64,000 nt of DNA from the NCBI RefSeq assembly GCF_023333595.1, contig NZ_JAIQZM010000001.1:460681-524680 (forward strand), written 5' to 3'. Below are positions 62,447-64,000 of the stretch, one piece after another (within the stretch, counting starts at the first letter, position 1; each line of letters starts with the position of its first letter). Source of the DNA: Argonema galeatum A003/A1. Its GTDB lineage: Bacteria; Cyanobacteriota; Cyanobacteriia; Cyanobacteriales; Aerosakkonemataceae. Position numbers and translations under genes: made by a program. The notes under the pieces were generated by a model. That model was given only the letters and a program-made list of their open reading frames with translations, made no database searches and was not told the origin of the DNA.

Positions 62447-63214
62447 TTAATCAATCACAACATCTTCTTGAGATGATTCCTGATAGTATTGCCATTCGAT
62501 ATCTGGCATATGATCGAAAGCGTTTCTCAGCGACTCTTCCCACCACTTGCGAACCTTAGCTAGATAAGGATCTCCCAGACGCAATTGCAGTTTATGCCGA
62601 ATAGCAAGAGCGTCAGTTTCGTACATTACCATGCTAATTGGTGGCCCGACAGAAATGTTTGACTTCATCGTCGAGTCGATCGAAAGCAGGGCACATTTAG
62701 CGCAGGCTTCTAAGGGGGTGTCAAAATTGAGGGTGCGGTCTAAAATTGGTTTGCCGTATTTAGTTTCACCTATCTGTAAAAAAGGTGTTTCCTGCGTAGC
62801 TTGAATAAAATTACCCTGGCTGTAAATCAGATAAAGTTCGGGTTCTTCTCCTCTAATTTGTCCGCCCAGGAGAATGCTGCATTTGAAATCGATGTTGTCT
62901 TTTTGTAACCAAGCTCTGTCTTGCTCCTGAATCTGGCGAATTTTGCTACCGATATAACGAGCAATTTCGTACAAATTTGGTAGGGAGTGAATATTGGCTT
63001 CTTCTTGAGCTTTGAGATCCTTGCGGATTAAGGTAAGCACTGCCTGGGTCATTGACAGGTTTCCCGAAGTACACATCAGAATCGCCCGCTCTCCAGGATA
63101 GGAGAAATCGAATAGTTTTTGGTAGGTTGAAATGTAATCTACACCCGCATTAGTGCGAGAGTCAGCAGCCATAACGAGACCAAAGCGGGTAATAATGCCA
63201 AGGCAATAAGTCAT
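62447..63214 (-). CDS. Anbu (ancestral beta-subunit) proteasome homolog, Ntn-hydrolase
   Basis: 'MTYCLGIITRFGLVMAADSRTNAGVDYIST...' has Thr2 as the nucleophile. It lies near the ATP-grasp/alpha-E/transglutaminase set, with which Anbu is classically co-encoded. Confidence 0.7.
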   Translation of the reverse strand: MTYCLGIITRFGLVMAADSRTNAGVDYISTYQKLFDFSYPGERAILMCTSGNLSMTQAVLTLIRKDLKAQEEANIHSLPNLYEIARYIGSKIRQIQEQDRAWLQKDNIDFKCSILLGGQIRGEEPELYLIYSQGNFIQATQETPFLQIGETKYGKPILDRTLNFDTPLEACAKCALLSIDSTMKSNISVGPPISMVMYETDALAIRHKLQLRLGDPYLAKVRKWWEESLRNAFDHMPDIEWQYYQESSQEDVVID

Positions 63215-63400
63215 TCGATTTTGGATTTTAGATTTTGGATTTTAGATTTTGGATTGACTACAGGGATGAATCCGGCTGGCGACCAAACCAATAATTTCAA
63301 GGGTCATGAAGGTAGGAGTGTAAACAACATAGGGTGCGGGGTTGATGTGGTGAGGAGCGCGAGAGAAGAATCATTCTTTTGGTTGGTTACTTTTCCGATC

Positions 63401-64000
63401 TTACCCTTCGTCATTGTCCGATTGGTTATGATTAGCTGTGACTGTATCGGGAAGCGATCGCCTCAAAAGGTAAAGCCAAGCCAAACTTGCTAATCCCAGG
63501 ACAATACCCACTATACTCACCATTTGAGCCATACGCAGAGGCCCTAGCATTAGGCTATCGGTTCGCAATCCTTCAATCCAGAAGCGACCGATGCTGTAAA
63601 ACACAAGGTAAAGCAGTGCCAGGGTTCCCACCTTGAGGCGGGGATTTCCCTTCAGAGAGCGAAAGAAGAGGGTGAGCAGTATCCCAAACACCATTAAATC
63701 CCATAGGGACTCATAGAGGAAGGTGGGATGGAAGTATTCAAAATTTCTATATCCCGGCAGACGGCTCTCAAAGGGAATATAAACTTTCCAGGGCAAATCT
63801 GTGGGAGATCCGTAAGCTTCTGAATTGAAGAAATTGCCCCAGCGTCCGATCGCCTGACCTAGAATTAGAGAGGGAGCGACTAGATCTGCTAATTGCCAGA
63901 ATGAGACTTTTTGAACTCGTGCAAAGATTAAAGCCGCTACTATGCCGCCCAAGATAGCACCGTGAATGGCAATACCACCTTTCCAAATGGCGATGATATC
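63401..64000 (-). CDS. lgt: Prolipoprotein diacylglyceryl transferase Lgt (partial; the N-terminus lies beyond the window end)
   Basis: '[26 protein letters not shown]' is the Lgt signature. The open frame continues past 63952 to the window edge ('[27 protein letters not shown]'). Confidence 0.8.
   Translation of the reverse strand, partial: DIIAIWKGGIAIHGAILGGIVAALIFARVQKVSFWQLADLVAPSLILGQAIGRWGNFFNSEAYGSPTDLPWKVYIPFESRLPGYRNFEYFHPTFLYESLWDLMVFGILLTLFFRSLKGNPRLKVGTLALLYLVFYSIGRFWIEGLRTDSLMLGPLRMAQMVSIVGIVLGLASLAWLYLLRRSLPDTVTANHNQSDNDEG

Overview
The window is a filamentous-cyanobacterium-like chromosomal segment: HIP1 (GCGATCGC) sites are abundant, heptamer STRR tracts occur, and two REP families each sit around their own RAYT. 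Left to right it contains the following. (1) A type III-B (Cmr) CRISPR-Cas locus: a 5'-truncated IS605-type TnpB remnant, a 5'-truncated Cas2, a leader, a 20-repeat array of 36-bp repeats on the + strand, then cmr2(cas10)-cmr3-cmr4-cmr5-cmr6 translationally coupled on the + strand. No cas1, cas6 or separate cmr1 lies in the window. A frameshifted DUF4351/Rpn-like gene sits between the array and cas10. (2) A minus-strand hybrid NRPS-PKS cluster: an O-methyltransferase, a KS-AT-ACP-TE PKS, and a 2493-aa NRPS (A[MT]-PCP-C-A-PCP). The NRPS carries an in-frame ~705-bp tandem duplication and a PilZ-like domain inserted between A8 and A9 of the second A domain. (3) Three tandem family-2 glycosyltransferases. 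(4) An orphan 486-aa protein divergent from a Sipho_Gp157-family protein, a long flotillin/SPFH protein, and a second RAYT inside a large REP cluster. (5) Housekeeping and signalling genes: PSRP-3/Ycf65, a HAD hydrolase, a TPR protein, RuvB, HisF, tRNA-Ala(GGC), a Ser/Thr kinase-WD40 protein and a large hybrid Ser/Thr-kinase/His-kinase. (6) A tRNA-Ala-adjacent accessory stretch: Uma2 remnants, a NACHT-HEAT STAND NTPase, a VapBC-like toxin-antitoxin pair and an HNH nuclease with a partner ORF. (7) A PlsY fused to a PEP-utilising-enzyme-like protein. (8) The Anbu-associated gene set (circularly permuted ATP-grasp, alpha-E, transglutaminase, with the Anbu proteasome homolog nearby on the opposite strand), interrupted by a four-helix-bundle '23S rRNA IVS protein' gene flanked by long inverted STRR-like repeats. 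(9) A partial lgt at the right edge. Several dispersed palindromic non-coding element families are also present. All calls rest on motif recognition by eye; no database searches were run.
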